Positions 26,901 through 39,254 of a stretch of DNA of 64,000 bases are shown here, piece after piece. How positions within the stretch are numbered: the stretch's first letter is position 1; every line of letters begins with the position of its first letter. Origin of the DNA: Phaeosaccion multiseriatum (taxonomy: Eukaryota > Protista > Ochrophyta, other classes); contig OZ218951.1 of assembly GCA_965112735.1 (NCBI GenBank), forward strand, positions 5,270,001-5,334,000. Reading direction: 5' to 3'. A program made the translations under genes and the position numbers. A model generated the notes under the pieces. It saw only the letters and a program-made list of their open reading frames with translations, ran no database searches and was not told where the DNA came from.

Positions 26901-27354
26901 GGGCGAGGGTGGGGGTTTAGATGAGGATGAGGGTGGAGGTGGGGGTGGTGGCGGGGGATGGGGGGTGGACAGGCAAGTCATCGACATTCCGAGGACGATT
27001 CACTCTGTGGCATGTGAGTCAAAGCAAGAGTAGCGCTTCGTCTTCGGGTTTCCTCCTCCTCCTCCTCCTCCTCCTCCTCCTCCTCCTCCTCCTCCTCCTC
27101 CTCCTCCTCCTCCTCCCTCTCCCCGTCCTCGTCCTCCTCCTCCCCAGTTCGCATTGAGGATCAGCACACTAGTACACACGGCGGCGATGCACGACTGAAC
27201 GACGTGTTTGTTGGCACTCACTCTGCGGTATGTTGAGGAGCTTCTTCTGAAAAAGCTTGCTTGCCATGCTCAGTTGGCGGTATTTGGGTGCTCCCACTCC
27301 CTGGTACGCGTTCTGGAGAACATTCACCACCACCTGCACGCACGCACACACGGG

Positions 27355-27405
<51 letters not shown>

Positions 27406-28456
27406 GGGCATGGATCGGTAGAGACGTTCGAAAGGATTAGGCACACACTTCGTATAAACCCATCCACATCCACCCCTCTCACCCATTGACTTACTACCCA
27501 CCCACCCACTCACCTGCACAGCGCTCTTGGCATCCTCCACATACACAGCGTCTTTCGCGTCCCACCTCTCTTGAGGGACCATCCTCTTGAGCGCCTATTG
27601 ACACAGACACAACCCATCAATCAACCGGTCAATCAGTCAATACTTGGTGTCAGGCCGTTAGACCAGACAAATCGCGACTACATACACTATACGTACGTAA
27701 CGTAAGCACTATCACTACGTAATGTTTCGTAAGTACCTCGTCCATCTTGATCTCCACCCGCTCCTTGCGCTTCATGCCCAGGGCGGAGAGTCCCCCTACG
27801 TGAGCAAGCTTTCGACTCATCTTGAGCAGCTGGGAGGAGGCAAGCTGCCCCTGTCGCAAGGGCTTCTTGGGGTCACGAGGGGTGCCGCTGACCATGGCCA
27901 TCATGAATGCCTATGGTTCGTGTGTGTGTGTGTGCGCGTATGGTTGTGCGTGGGCGCGTGTGTGTGCGTGTGCGTGTGCGTGTGTGTTGTTGTTTTGGGT
28001 TGTTGGGGTTGTTGAGGACAAGGACGTATGAAATGGGGGAGGGGCGTGGAAAGGGATTTCGAATGAAGGTGGAGGAGAGGCCAAGGAGAGGGGGAATGGG
28101 GAAGGGGCCGGGCGGGGGAACGCGTGAGGAGGGCAGTTGGAGCAGAGACAAGGGGGATGGGTGGCGCACGCACACACGCACGCACGCACGCACGCACGCA
28201 CCTGCATCTCCTCCGGCTGCAGCACTCCCACAAAGTTGTCCACAATTGTGCCCTTACAGATGGCGAACACGGAGGGTAGCGATTCCACACCCAGCAGCTG
28301 CGAGATCTCCTTCTGCTTGTCCGTGTCCACCTGGGGGCGGAAACCACAACCCCAACCAATCCATAGCGAGGGAGGGAAGAGAGAGAGAGAGGGAGAGTGA
28401 GGAGACGAGCTACCGGTAGCTCAAGCACCAGGACAGGGCATCATGCAGCGCGACAG

Positions 28457-28490
<34 letters not shown>

Positions 28491-30543
28491 CACAACCTTA
28501 CAACCCTACAGCCTCACGTACCTTGGCGAGCCTGAACAGGCCCCCGCTCTTGATGGCCGCCTGCTCCAATGCCGGCGTGAGCTGCTTGCACGGCCCGCAC
28601 CAGTCCGCGTACACGTCAAGCAACACGGGCACGGGCGAGTCCATAACCACAGACTGCAGATTCTCGTGTGTAACGTCAAAGATGACGTCTTTACGCGCGG
28701 CCTCTTTGGCTTTGGGAGCAGCCTTACTGCCACCTCCACCACCAGTGCTGGCGTTGCCCTCCTTCTGCTGCTGTTGTTGCTTCTTCTGCAGCTGCTGCTG
28801 CCTGGCCTTGGCATTGGCGCGGGCCTGGCCGGTCATTTTGTCGAGCAGTCTCTGCGCGTTGCGGTTACCACCCTGCTTCTCAATGTCCTTCTGCCACTGC
28901 ATGAGCAGCGCCGTTCTCGCCACGCCGGAGTCCCACCCTTCCTCCACCATACCGTCCACACTCCGCTCAAACTCGGCCATGAGTGCCTCATCCCCCTGCC
29001 TCAGCAGCTCCTCTGCCTTGGCCATGTCGCCATCGCTCTTCCTCAGAGCACTGAGGGCGGCGTCTTCCTCCCAACCCCCCTCCCCACTAGGACCTCCGTC
29101 CTCTGTCAGCAGCTTGAGCGCATCTGCATACAGGACCATGTCAGCCTCGTCGGCCGCTGCGAGCGCCTCTGCCGCTAGGGTGAGGTCTCCACCGGTCTGG
29201 GCGAGGGCTGCCACCGCGGCCTCGGCCTCCCACCCCATGTTGACCAGCTCTGCGACTTGCCCGTCGTCCACGGCTCCATCGGCACCACCTGCGACGGGCG
29301 GCACACCCATTGTATCACCATCAGCACCACCACCGCCCGCACTATAAGCATCACCATTACTATAACCATCCGTAGAAGGTGGTGATACAGCGGCGTCGCT
29401 CTCGTCGTCAAACACATTGTCATCATCGCCATCATCACCATCATCACCACCAAAGCTTGCTACCCCGCCCTCGCTCTGCCTCTTGCTGTTGTTGTTGTTC
29501 TTGCTACTGCTGCTGTTGCTGCGGCTGTGGGTCTGCCCTCCTTCTGTGCCAGAGTCTGCAGCTGCGTCACGGGCGCCGCTGGAGGTGTCGGTGTTGGTGG
29601 TACTCCAAGCACTTACAGGAGTAGCGTCCCCGACTCCCCCCCCCACCTCGGCGGAAGAAAACGTTGTTGTATCACCAACTACCCCAGATGCTGCTCTTGC
29701 TGCTGCTGCTGCTGCACCGGCCGCTGGTCTCAGCTCACAGACGCCATTCTCGCACACCGTCTCGAAGCCCGGAGGGGCTCCTCCTCCTCCTTCTGCGCCT
29801 GCAGCTGACACACTGCTGCTCGTGTCTCCCCCTATCTCCTCTTCCTGACCCTGTCCCTCCCCACTGCTTCCAGGGCTACCTACATCCTCCTTCTTGTTCC
29901 ACCACGCCTTGGCGGACGCCGCCCAGCCCTTCTTGGCGCCGGCAGTCACGCTACCCGTGCTCCCCATCCCCGGGGTAGAAGGCGCGCTCGATGCACCTGC
30001 TCCTGGGGATGACGAGGTGGTATCCATAGTGCCGGTAGCACCGGCCTCTGTGCCTCCAGAGGCGCCCCCCTCCCCTACCATTGACTGTGCCGCCAGCCAA
30101 CCACCGCGAGAGTGAATGCCACGGTGATTCAGATCAATACCACCACGACCACCCACGTGCGCCAGGATTGAATTGGACGATTCCTTTCTAATACGATTGC
30201 CATCGCTATTGCTACTACTGCTTCTTTTCTTGGCTGGTATCCATCTCCTTCTTCCACGTGGGACCAGTGTTTGTGGTCCTGCTGGTGGTCCCTGCTGGTC
30301 AAACCTCTCGGCCGCTGCCGCGGAGGATACCTGGGCGTCTTCTTGTCCCTGAGGAATCCACTGAGGCCATGCTTTCGATGCGCCCTCTCGATCAGCAGAT
30401 GGGAAACGCTGCACCTGTGCTCCAACACCAACCCCATCCATTCCTCTCGTTGCCGCAGACGCTGTGGCAGCGGCAGCCACCACCACCGCCAGTGCGCACC
30501 ATAGCACCGCACATGGCGAGTGAAGCTGCGACCTCCTCGCCAT
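23988..30543 (-). CDS. Signal-peptide protein with UBA-like repeats, thioredoxin (WCGPC), PUB domain, UBX/ubiquitin-like region and acidic tail; resembles periplastid sPUB
   Basis: N-terminal hydrophobic AVLWCALAVVVAAAA. UBA-like: QVAELVNMGWEAEAAVAALAQTGGDLTLAAEAL plus two similar units. Trx: PVLLDVYADWCGPCKQLTP..VDTDKQ..LGVESLP. PUB: VLQNAY..PKYRQLSMASKLFQKKLLNIPQSLELLKVAGF. UBX-like: RTLADLGLAPAARLVV. Asp/Glu tail ends at 23988. Confidence 0.8.
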
Positions 30544-30727
30544 TGCGGATTCCCTTCAATCTACTTTTCCTTCACTTTACAGAGCGATTTGTGAAACGCG
30601 AGGGAGCACCCGCATGAAGATTTTTGATTTTTACCATCTAGTGCCATCCTTCAATTGTTGGAATTTCCGAAACAGCTTTGATCCCTCGTGTAATTGATAC
30701 TTACTCGGGGAGAGAACCGTGCGGCCG
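30544..30727. promoter_or_regulatory. Putative bidirectional promoter (sPUB-like / coiled-coil gene)
   Basis: 184-bp AT-richer gap with GATTTTTGATTTTT between divergent ATGs. Confidence 0.55.
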
Positions 30728-33700
30728 ATGTCTCTCACGCTCGGATGCACCTTTAATCCGGGGAGGGTCTCACCCGGCCTGGGCTACAGCAGGAGTGCCT
30801 GTGCGATTGGCAGCAAGGATGAAGGCTTTCTCAAGCTGCGCTTTACAGACGAGAAGATGGCACGCATGCTGGCCACAAAGGCCGTGGCTTCCGGAGAGCT
30901 CAAGCGGGAGAGCAAGAGACTGAAGGTGCGCGTGGGAGGGGGGTCTGGGATGCGAGGGGTGGAAGAGCGAGGAGAGGAGGAGCCTTTGGTGTGCACTTGC
31001 TTCTCTTGTTATTCGCCGCTTACCTTGGGGAGCAAAACTCGGCGGCCTACTCTTTTCCAAACCCCACTCTCCTTTGGCTTTGCGCAGGAGAGGGCTGCTG
31101 CTGAGTTCGGCGTCGAGAGTAGGCAAAAGGCAGCAGAGCATCACCGGAGACTGGCCAAGGAGAGATTGAACGCCTCCAAAGGAGAGAAAGGAAAGCTCTA
31201 TGGAGAGTGCGTCCGTGAAGACAACCTGCAGGTGAAGGACGCGTAGGCATCATCTCGCCACTGCGTTGTTCGAACAACTCATGCTAGCTATGAAGTAATT
31301 TCCCTTGCGTGGGTCCTTGTCTGCGGTAGCAGCCCAGCTGATTGCCTGCATGCCTTCCGTCTGTCTCCTCCTTCACCCTTTACAGCGTGTGGGGTGTGGT
31401 TTGGTGGGCATATGTACAGCCATGTGGCAAGAGCAAGCCAGCTTACTCAGCTTACAGCAGCCACCTCCGCCCTCCCTCAGCCCCTGTGATCTACTTCCAT
31501 GGATGAGTAGCACACGCTCCTGACCCCAAGCCCATCCCTCGCTCTGATCATATCGTTATGATCCTCCCCTTCCATGCACATACCCACGTACCGATGCAAC
31601 ACAGTCACTGGTCAGGTCCAACTCGAGGTGGCCCCGCCCAGTGCAGCGCTACGGCCTTCACTACCGAAGCGGAAACCAGACTTATGATAGCACGGCTCTC
31701 GCCTCCATTGCGGCGGCGGAATTGCAGGTACATCACTTCGTCTTCGCTTTCTTGTTCATCTCTACCAACTTACCTGCCACACACTCACACTCACACAAAC
31801 ACATACACACCCGCACAAAAACACCCACACACACACAAACAAACAAAAATGCACATAGCCGCCACGGAGGGACCAACTAGCCAAGCTCAAACAACAGCAC
31901 GACGGGTGGAGGAGCGTTCTCCTCGGGGCGCGGGAGGAGCAGACACACAAGCTGCGCGTCGAAGCAGATAAGGCCAGAGCCCGAGCCAAGTCGGTGTCGG
32001 ACGCCAACCGGCGGACCATTGGGGAGCGCGAGCAGCAGCAGCTAGAGGACCTTGAGACGATACGCTTGGAGCGGGAGGTGGCGGATAGGGACGCATTGGG
32101 CTTTCGCCAGGAGGAGGACGAGAAGGCAAAGTAAGCGCCGGGGGCCGGGGGTGGGCGTGCGTGTGGCTGGGGTTAGGGGCGAGGGTGTGCTTCAGCTGCA
32201 AGCAAGCCATTTCTCTCTCTTTCTTGATCTGTCGTCGTCGTCGTCTCTCTCTCTCTCTCTCTCGGTCAGTCTCTCTGTCTCTCCACTTTCCCTCTCTCTC
32301 ACTCCCACACCCACAACCACCCAACAACCCCTCCCCCTCCCAGGGCGGCTCGATGGAAGCACAAAGAACTCGGTGCTTTGCGGCGTGTGCAAATACTGCA
32401 AAAGAGGCTGAAAGAGAGGAGAGGCTTGGAGGAGGAGGGCAAGGCGTCTGCAGAGGCAGTAAGGAGGGCCAAGGCTGAGCTCATGGAAGAACAGATTCAG
32501 AAGGATAGGGACAGGTGAGTGTGTGCGTACGTGCGTGTGTGTGTACGCGTGTGCGTGTGAGTGTGCGTGTGGGTGCGTGCGTGAGTGAGTGCATGAGTGC
32601 GTGGGGGCGTGCGTTCGTTCGCTCGTACGGTCTACAGCAATGCCTGCCCCACTTATGCGTTCACCTGCCTCTGTTTGGGTGTCATCTTGTTGGGTACCCT
32701 GCCACCACACCACCCCCTGCTTGTTTTTTTCTCTTCTCTCTCTTCCGACGACGACGCGTACGTGCATCACCGCAGGTTACAGGCGGCGAGGCGCAACGTT
32801 CGGACCAAACTGGAGAACCAAAAGCTGCTGGAGTTAAAGCGCAAGGAGGCGGAGGAGGAGTGCGCCCTCGACATGCAGCAGATGATGTGAGTGAGCTTGG
32901 GCTTCACAGGCAGGAGAGGGCGCAATAGAGAGTCTTATAGAGAGGACTTCATCGGCGTCTCCTTGCTGGTCCACTGATACACCCCCCCGCCCCTCTGGTT
33001 CGAATTGGCTGCCATCCTGATCGACCCCCCCCCCCCTCTACTCCACCCCCGCCCCTCCTTTCCCCTCCCCTAACCCCCAGGGCTCGCCATGAAGAGCTTC
33101 GACGGCAGGAGGAGAATCGGCTCGCAGAGGCAGAGAGAGAGAGGGCGAAGCGGCAAAAGGCACCAATCAGCCAGTCCGTCGAGGCCTTCCACCGCGCAGC
33201 AGCGTTAGCAGCAGCAGATGCACACGGACATGGAAGGAGGTCCAGCGCGAGTTTGAGTTTCAGCTCGGACCGCCCGGGCACGGCAGAACTCGATGCCAAG
33301 GCAGATCGTGAGGTGAAGGCCGCTTGCCAGAAGGAGAGAGAGAAGAGGAAGAGGGAACAAGAGAAGAGGGAGGAACTACGCGTGGAGGTGCAGAGGGCAT
33401 TACAAGTACAAGAGAGGCAGAGGATGGAGAGACTCCACAAGGAGGCCGAGGAGGAGAGTAGGTAGGTGTGTGTGTATGTGTGTATATGTGTGTGCGGGGA
33501 CGTGGGGGGGGGGGGAGGACTGGTGACTCTTTGCCTGCTGTGCGTGCTTCACCTAGAAGTGCCTCCCCCCCTCTCTCCACGATCCTCATCACCCCCCCCC
33601 CCCCTCGCCCGTCCTCCCCCCTCTGTTCCCAGGATGGTGGAGAAGCATGTGCAGACAGCGAAGGATGCAGCGCAGACACAGAGGCAACGGCAGGCCATGC

Positions 33701-34071
33701 GACGGGCGAAAGCGGTAAGTCTCCGTGCGTGTGGGCGCGTGCGTGCGTGTGTGTGTATGTGGCGTCTCCCGCCTGAGAGGGTACTTGATCAGAGTAGAAC
33801 AACACTGAAACTGAACCTGCTTTCATGAACGCACGGTGCACCACCACCACCATCGTCGGCGTCAATCACTTTGATCATACCGCCCTATTACTCCGTTTTG
33901 CCTATTGGCTTGCCTCTCTCATTCATTAACTTCAAAACGAACGAACAGGAGGAGATCCAGCTGTACCAGCTCAAGCAGATGGCCGTGAAGCAGCTCCAGC
34001 AGCGGAGAGACATCGTGGACAGTATGAGTAAGACAGAGCACCAGATCAACGCCAAGTACCTCCGATCGTAG
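30728..34071 (+). CDS. Multi-exon coiled-coil (trichohyalin-like) protein, probable axonemal protein
   Basis: About 9 GT-AG-bounded exons rich in E/R/K/Q/A, ending DSMSKTEHQINAKYLRS*. This MSxxExxIN tail is typical of many ciliary coiled-coil proteins. Confidence 0.7.
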
Positions 34072-35049
34072 GGGATGGCAGTGGATGGAGGGGCTCTGTT
34101 TTGGGGCCGTACGTACGCAGATGTGGCCTTACGTACGTGTCCACGTAAGGGGTCTTGTTTGGCCTGTCTTGAACAACGGACGGATGAACGAGCGCCGCAA
34201 CTTCCTCCTCCAAAAGAAGACTCCAGAAGAGCGAGTAGGGGCGGTGAGGGAAGCTGAGGGAAGCTGACTCCTCCCCGAGCGCCCCACCCTTCACGGCCCC
34301 TCAAGGCTGGAGACACCAAGCAAAGCCCTTGGCGCCGGTGCCTGGCTGGTGGCTTAGCGACTGGCGGCATCCTGAGATGGGAGGAGAGGCGGCCCCCTCT
34401 CTTCTGCCGCTTTTAGCAGGTGCGGTTAAAGCCGCAGATCAAACGAACAGGGGCCCTCCCTCCTCGCATCCTCCTCTCGCGCCCAAAAGAACAGCGAGAG
34501 GTGCCTGCCATCAGATGCTGTCCGTCCGTCTGGTGCCATCCATGTCGACGGACTTCCGTTTCGAGGACAAGTCGTGTAGGACAAGTCGTGTAGTCATCGA
34601 CCGTCACCCGCTCGGCGGGCACACATCAGCACGCATCAGAGCGTGTCACACAGGGGGAAGTAAGGAAGGAAGGAATAGAAGGACGAAGGACCTCTCCTTT
34701 CCCCCTCCGACCCGACGTCACCCAGGCCTACATGAAGTAGTGTGCAGTCCACATTAATTTCTCGCCAGGCCAGTCGAGTGGCGCAGTAGGGCAGGGAGAG
34801 TACCGAGAGCAGGCATCGGGTGGAGCCTTTAATATCTCTAGCGGTAGCTGTAGTGCGGCCCGTTTCCCTCTCTCCTCTCCCATCCCATCCACTGCCATCC
34901 CATCCCATCTCTTCTCTCCCAACCCGACACTGTACGAGCCGCACATGGGGCTGGCTGATGAAAGTGTAACGGACGCGATCACGCCTCTCATCCCGCTGCT
35001 GTGGTCCAGTCACCGGGCGGGGCAGGGAGCTCGAGAGCGCGTGAACAAC

Positions 35050-35080
<31 letters not shown>

Positions 35081-35428
35081 GGCGATGACGATAAATCGAG
35101 ACCCATTGCGAAGAAAATCCTCCCTTGTTCCTCTCCCGCTGAATGTGCATTGTTTCGCGAGCTCAGGTTTCGCTCTCTTCGCCGCCCTCTAGCTGCTCCT
35201 CCTCGCTCGTGCCCATTCCCCAAACCGCATAGATGGTAACAGACGGCCACTCTCCCAGTGAAGTCGTCAATATCAGACTCGAGAATTCCATTCTGCCTCG
35301 AAGCGAGACATTCGCGTTCCACAAGGCACAACCCGATTAGAGACTAACCCATTCCGAAAGAGCAGCGGGAAGCTCTGCCCTAAGCTGTCATCCATCCCAG
35401 AGGAGAGCCCCAAAGGCCCAGATCCATC

Positions 35429-35455
35429 CAGGGTCAGGGTCAGGGTCAGGGTCAG
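35429..35455. repeat. (CAGGGT)4 telomere-variant-like hexamer repeat
   Basis: CAGGGTCAGGGTCAGGGTCAGGGTCAG; similar TGAGGG/TCAGGG runs at ~2296-2420. Confidence 0.8.
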
Positions 35456-35552
35456 TCAAGGGGAGGCAGCGCCCTCTCCTCAGGCCTGCGCTAGACCCGC
35501 AGAAAGTGCCCTTTCCCTTGCTCGTTTCTCCTCCAATACCTCCTCTCTTGCT

Positions 35553-37808
35553 TCATCGCTTCGTCGACGTACGGACCAGGGCATCCCACTCGACAGGGGC
35601 ATAAGAGCCACGCCCACGTGGGCAAAACACCGGCGCTATACTCAGAGACAGTTTCGCGTCTTGGGCTGGCCGGTCCAACCCATCCCCAATACCACCATGA
35701 CTGGCCGGTTTGGGAAAGAACATGCCCGAAGCACGGACGCGGTGAAGGAGAGCATGCACGCTCGCCTTCGTCTGGCCATTCGCAGCACCCTCTCCTCCGC
35801 CTGGTCCTGCTCCTGCGAGCTGCATGGTTGCGGCCGCCCCAAGCTTCTTCTCCAGCGCTGCTCGTTTCATGAACCACTCAGAGGCCAGAGCAGTGCACAG
35901 CGGTAGACGAGGGTGCGGGTGTATGCACTGGGGAAGAGGGGGGCACAAGAGAGATGACCACGCCAGACCAGAGAGAGAGAGAAAGGGCCAGAGAGAGGAG
36001 GGGTGGAGGGTGTGTGTGTGAGAGAGAGAGAGCAAGAGTCATACACATACACCGACAGCAGAGAGACTTGACCAGAGAAACAGAATGGGCATCTCCTGCC
36101 CAGTGGTGGGTCATTTCGTTCTCTTCATCCCCCATTCACTTTCTGCCCCCCCCCTCCTCTCTCCTACTTCCCTCTTCCATACGCGCTCACCTTCCACGGC
36201 TTTTCGCATACGGTAAAGTGTGCGCCTTTTATCTCCCCTAGGGGGACCGCCTTACAGGTTTCCGAGTCCACCATGGTGTTGTACTTGCAGCGATCCGCCT
36301 CCAGCCACTGCTGCGGGTGGAAGGTATGATAGTAATAGGGCAGGAGACCCTGTCGTGTTGAGAGGATGAGGAGGGAAGGAGGAGGGGCGGTGATGGAGGC
36401 GGCAATGAGATCAAGTGGATTGACTGGATCCATCTGAGCTTGTCTTTAGGTAACACACTATACACAACTTGTTTGGGGGGGAGGGAGGGGCCTGATGGGT
36501 GCGTAGGTGTGCGATGTGTTTGCAATGGGTGGGGTGGGGTGGGGAGGGGAGGGGAGGAGAGGAGAGGGGAGAAGCAAGGACTTGCTTCACACACGAAGAG
36601 CCACAGAGAGAGACGCCCACCTGGACTGTAATGCCGCCATAGAAGAGTCCGATGAGGGAGTCGCCCCAGCCCCGGCGAAACGGGGTGTTCCGCAGAATGT
36701 CCTGCGACGGAATGAAAGAATCAATGAATGAATTGATAAAATCGTGGTACGGACAGAGATGCAGGGGCAGAGACGAGACACGGACAGAGACAGGCAGAGG
36801 AGAGGAGGGACAGGTTGGGCACACAGTTTCCACAGCAGGGCGACGACGCCTAAACGCTGCCACGCGTGGTGGTGGTTCAGCGGGGTCTAAACTCAGCTAA
36901 GCCCCTATACTTGGTCTCCTCTCATCTCCTCTCCTCTTCTCCCCCCTCCTCCTCCTCTCCTCTCCACTCCTCTCCTGCCTTCGTTTTGTGTGGGCACTGC
37001 CCTTCTGCCTCTCCTCCCCTCTTGTATGCCCTTTCTTTGCTTCGCGTACACCCCTTACCTTAAAGTCGTCGAGCACTCCTTCGTCCGGTCGGAGGAGCAG
37101 AAAGCCGCCCTGCACGGGAGGAACCTTGCAAGGGACTTGAGCATTCATCATGTTGACATCGGCAGTGTACACCAGGTCGTAATCCAGCTGGGTCACAGGT
37201 ACGGGAGGAGGCAGAAGGGCGCAAGGGGGCCACACACACAGAGAGAGAGAACGGGGGTAGTTGAGAGGGAGAGCAGAGGGAGGGAGGGAGGGAGGGAGGG
37301 CGAGAGGATCAAGAACTTCGAGCCCAGCTGGACAAACTAACAAATCCAAAACTGGAACTCGTGCCTTACATATCGAACTGGAAGCGCTTACCACACATAA
37401 CCTTACATAACCTCACGTACCTCGAAGAGCTCGTCGTGGGTCCTGAGCAGGAGCGAGTCGGTGTCCAAATGCAGCACCCTATGGTATTCAACCAAAGAGA
37501 AGGCGTGAAACTTGATATTCTCATCCACCCCACAACACCCTCCACGCTGCACCCGCCTCCGGGTCTCTTCATCGCGAATATCGTCGAGCGGCACGGGAGT
37601 GTCTACGAGTAGGACGCGATAGCCCAGGAAGCTCAAGACGGCAGCGGACTTGGGTGCCAGGGTGGGGTGTACGAGAGCCACAAGGTCGCATAGGTAGATG
37701 CTATCGCGACATATGTCATTGACGGATTGGGCGAGGATGGCGGCCCCGTCGAGGTAGGGCTCGTCACCATCGCGCGTTACGGTAATGGCGTCTGTTGTGT
37801 GTTTAGTT

Positions 37809-37851
<43 letters not shown>

Positions 37852-38729
37852 GGTGTGTGTATGTAAGGTGTGTATGTGTGTGGGGGGGTGTAGGGCGGGG
37901 GTGTATTTGCGCGCGCGTGTGCGTGTGTAGGGTGTGCGAGGGTGTGGTGAATGGTAGTTCAGAGGGGAGGGGGAGGTAGAGGGGGATGTTGTATGTTGCT
38001 TATGAGGCTAACACTCCTTGGAAGGGCAGGTCTGTGAGGAAAATCAAATGCACTGCGAGGGGGAGCATAAATCTTACCCTTTGCTTATTTTGTCAGTAGT
38101 GGGTGGGAGGAGCGCAAGTGCAAGACAAGAAGTGGAAATAGAAGACCAAGAAACAGTATCAGCACGACACCACCCTCGAATGAAGTCCAGACCCCTCATA
38201 GACAGAGAAGCTCTCGTTGGCTGCAAGAGCACATCCACACTTACATGCTACCACCTTCTTCTTGTTCTCGCTCTCAGTGGGAGTGCGTCGGTCGCCCCCC
38301 GCATCTCGATCGTGGGCAAAGTATTTGTCGGGGTCTCTGTAGGCATGCGTAATGTGCGGAAATATGTCGAGTTTCATCTCCTGCTGCCACTGCTGCTTGG
38401 ACACCGACGGCATTTCCGCTGATGAGCAAAGAAGGAAGAAAGGAGGAAGGGGAAGGTGGGGGAGCAACCAGGAGGAGGGGGAGGGGTCGCATTGATGCCT
38501 TGCTCTCATTTCAGAAATAGAATTGACGGCGCCCTGCCTCACCTGGCTGCCGCAGGCTGCTAAGGGGCCCCTGACCCACTCCACTGCCATCTGCTGGCAA
38601 GCGCAGCACACTGTGGGTAGCAAAGATCAAGCCCCCTGTGAGTAGGCAACCCGAGAGGACAAAGACATGACTGATTTTAACAAGCCCGCGTCCTCGCCTC
38701 CTCCTGTCGCTGGTCGTCACACCAAGCAT
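35553..38729 (-). CDS. Glycosyltransferase family 8-like type II membrane protein; multi-exon
   Basis: N-terminal TM segment (VFVLSGCLLTGGLIF), VVAYAITVT, YLDGAAILAQSV, GCCGVDENIKFHAFSLVEYHRVLHLDTD (DxD motif), VQGGFLLLRP, YGGITVQGLLPYYY, HFTVCEKPW. Confidence 0.88.
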
Positions 38730-39254
38730 GATCCCCGTCTCCAGGTAAAGCCATCAACTTATTGATGCATTGTGTGCTCTCCCTGTCCTGTCCTGTCCTG
38801 TCCTGTCCCGTCCTGACATGCCTTGGTACGGATTCAGTTGAATACGATAAGTAAGTCAGTGAATCGGCATTTAATAACCCATTCTCTCCTCCCTTCCCGC
38901 TTCCCATTCCCTCCCCTCCTTCTCTTATATCTCCCCTCCTTCTTGGTGCCCGCCTTCCTTTGGTAGGACGTCATTGCCATCGTCGCTTCACGAGTGGAAG
39001 TGAGTGTCTCGTGGAGGGAACGATACCACTTCATTAACAGGAGGAGGAGGAGGAGGAGGAGAAGGAGGAGGAGACAGGGTGGGGGGAGGGATATCGGGGA
39101 GGGGAGGAAACAGCAGCATCAGCAGCAGCATCAGCATTAGCACGGTAGCAGTATTTGCGGAAGGCCGCTGGGAAGGGCCGGAGCACGAGGGGAAGGGACG
39201 ATAGGGCAAGTTTGAAGCTCCCAGCGCCTCTGGAAGGAGGCGGAGGTGTGCACC

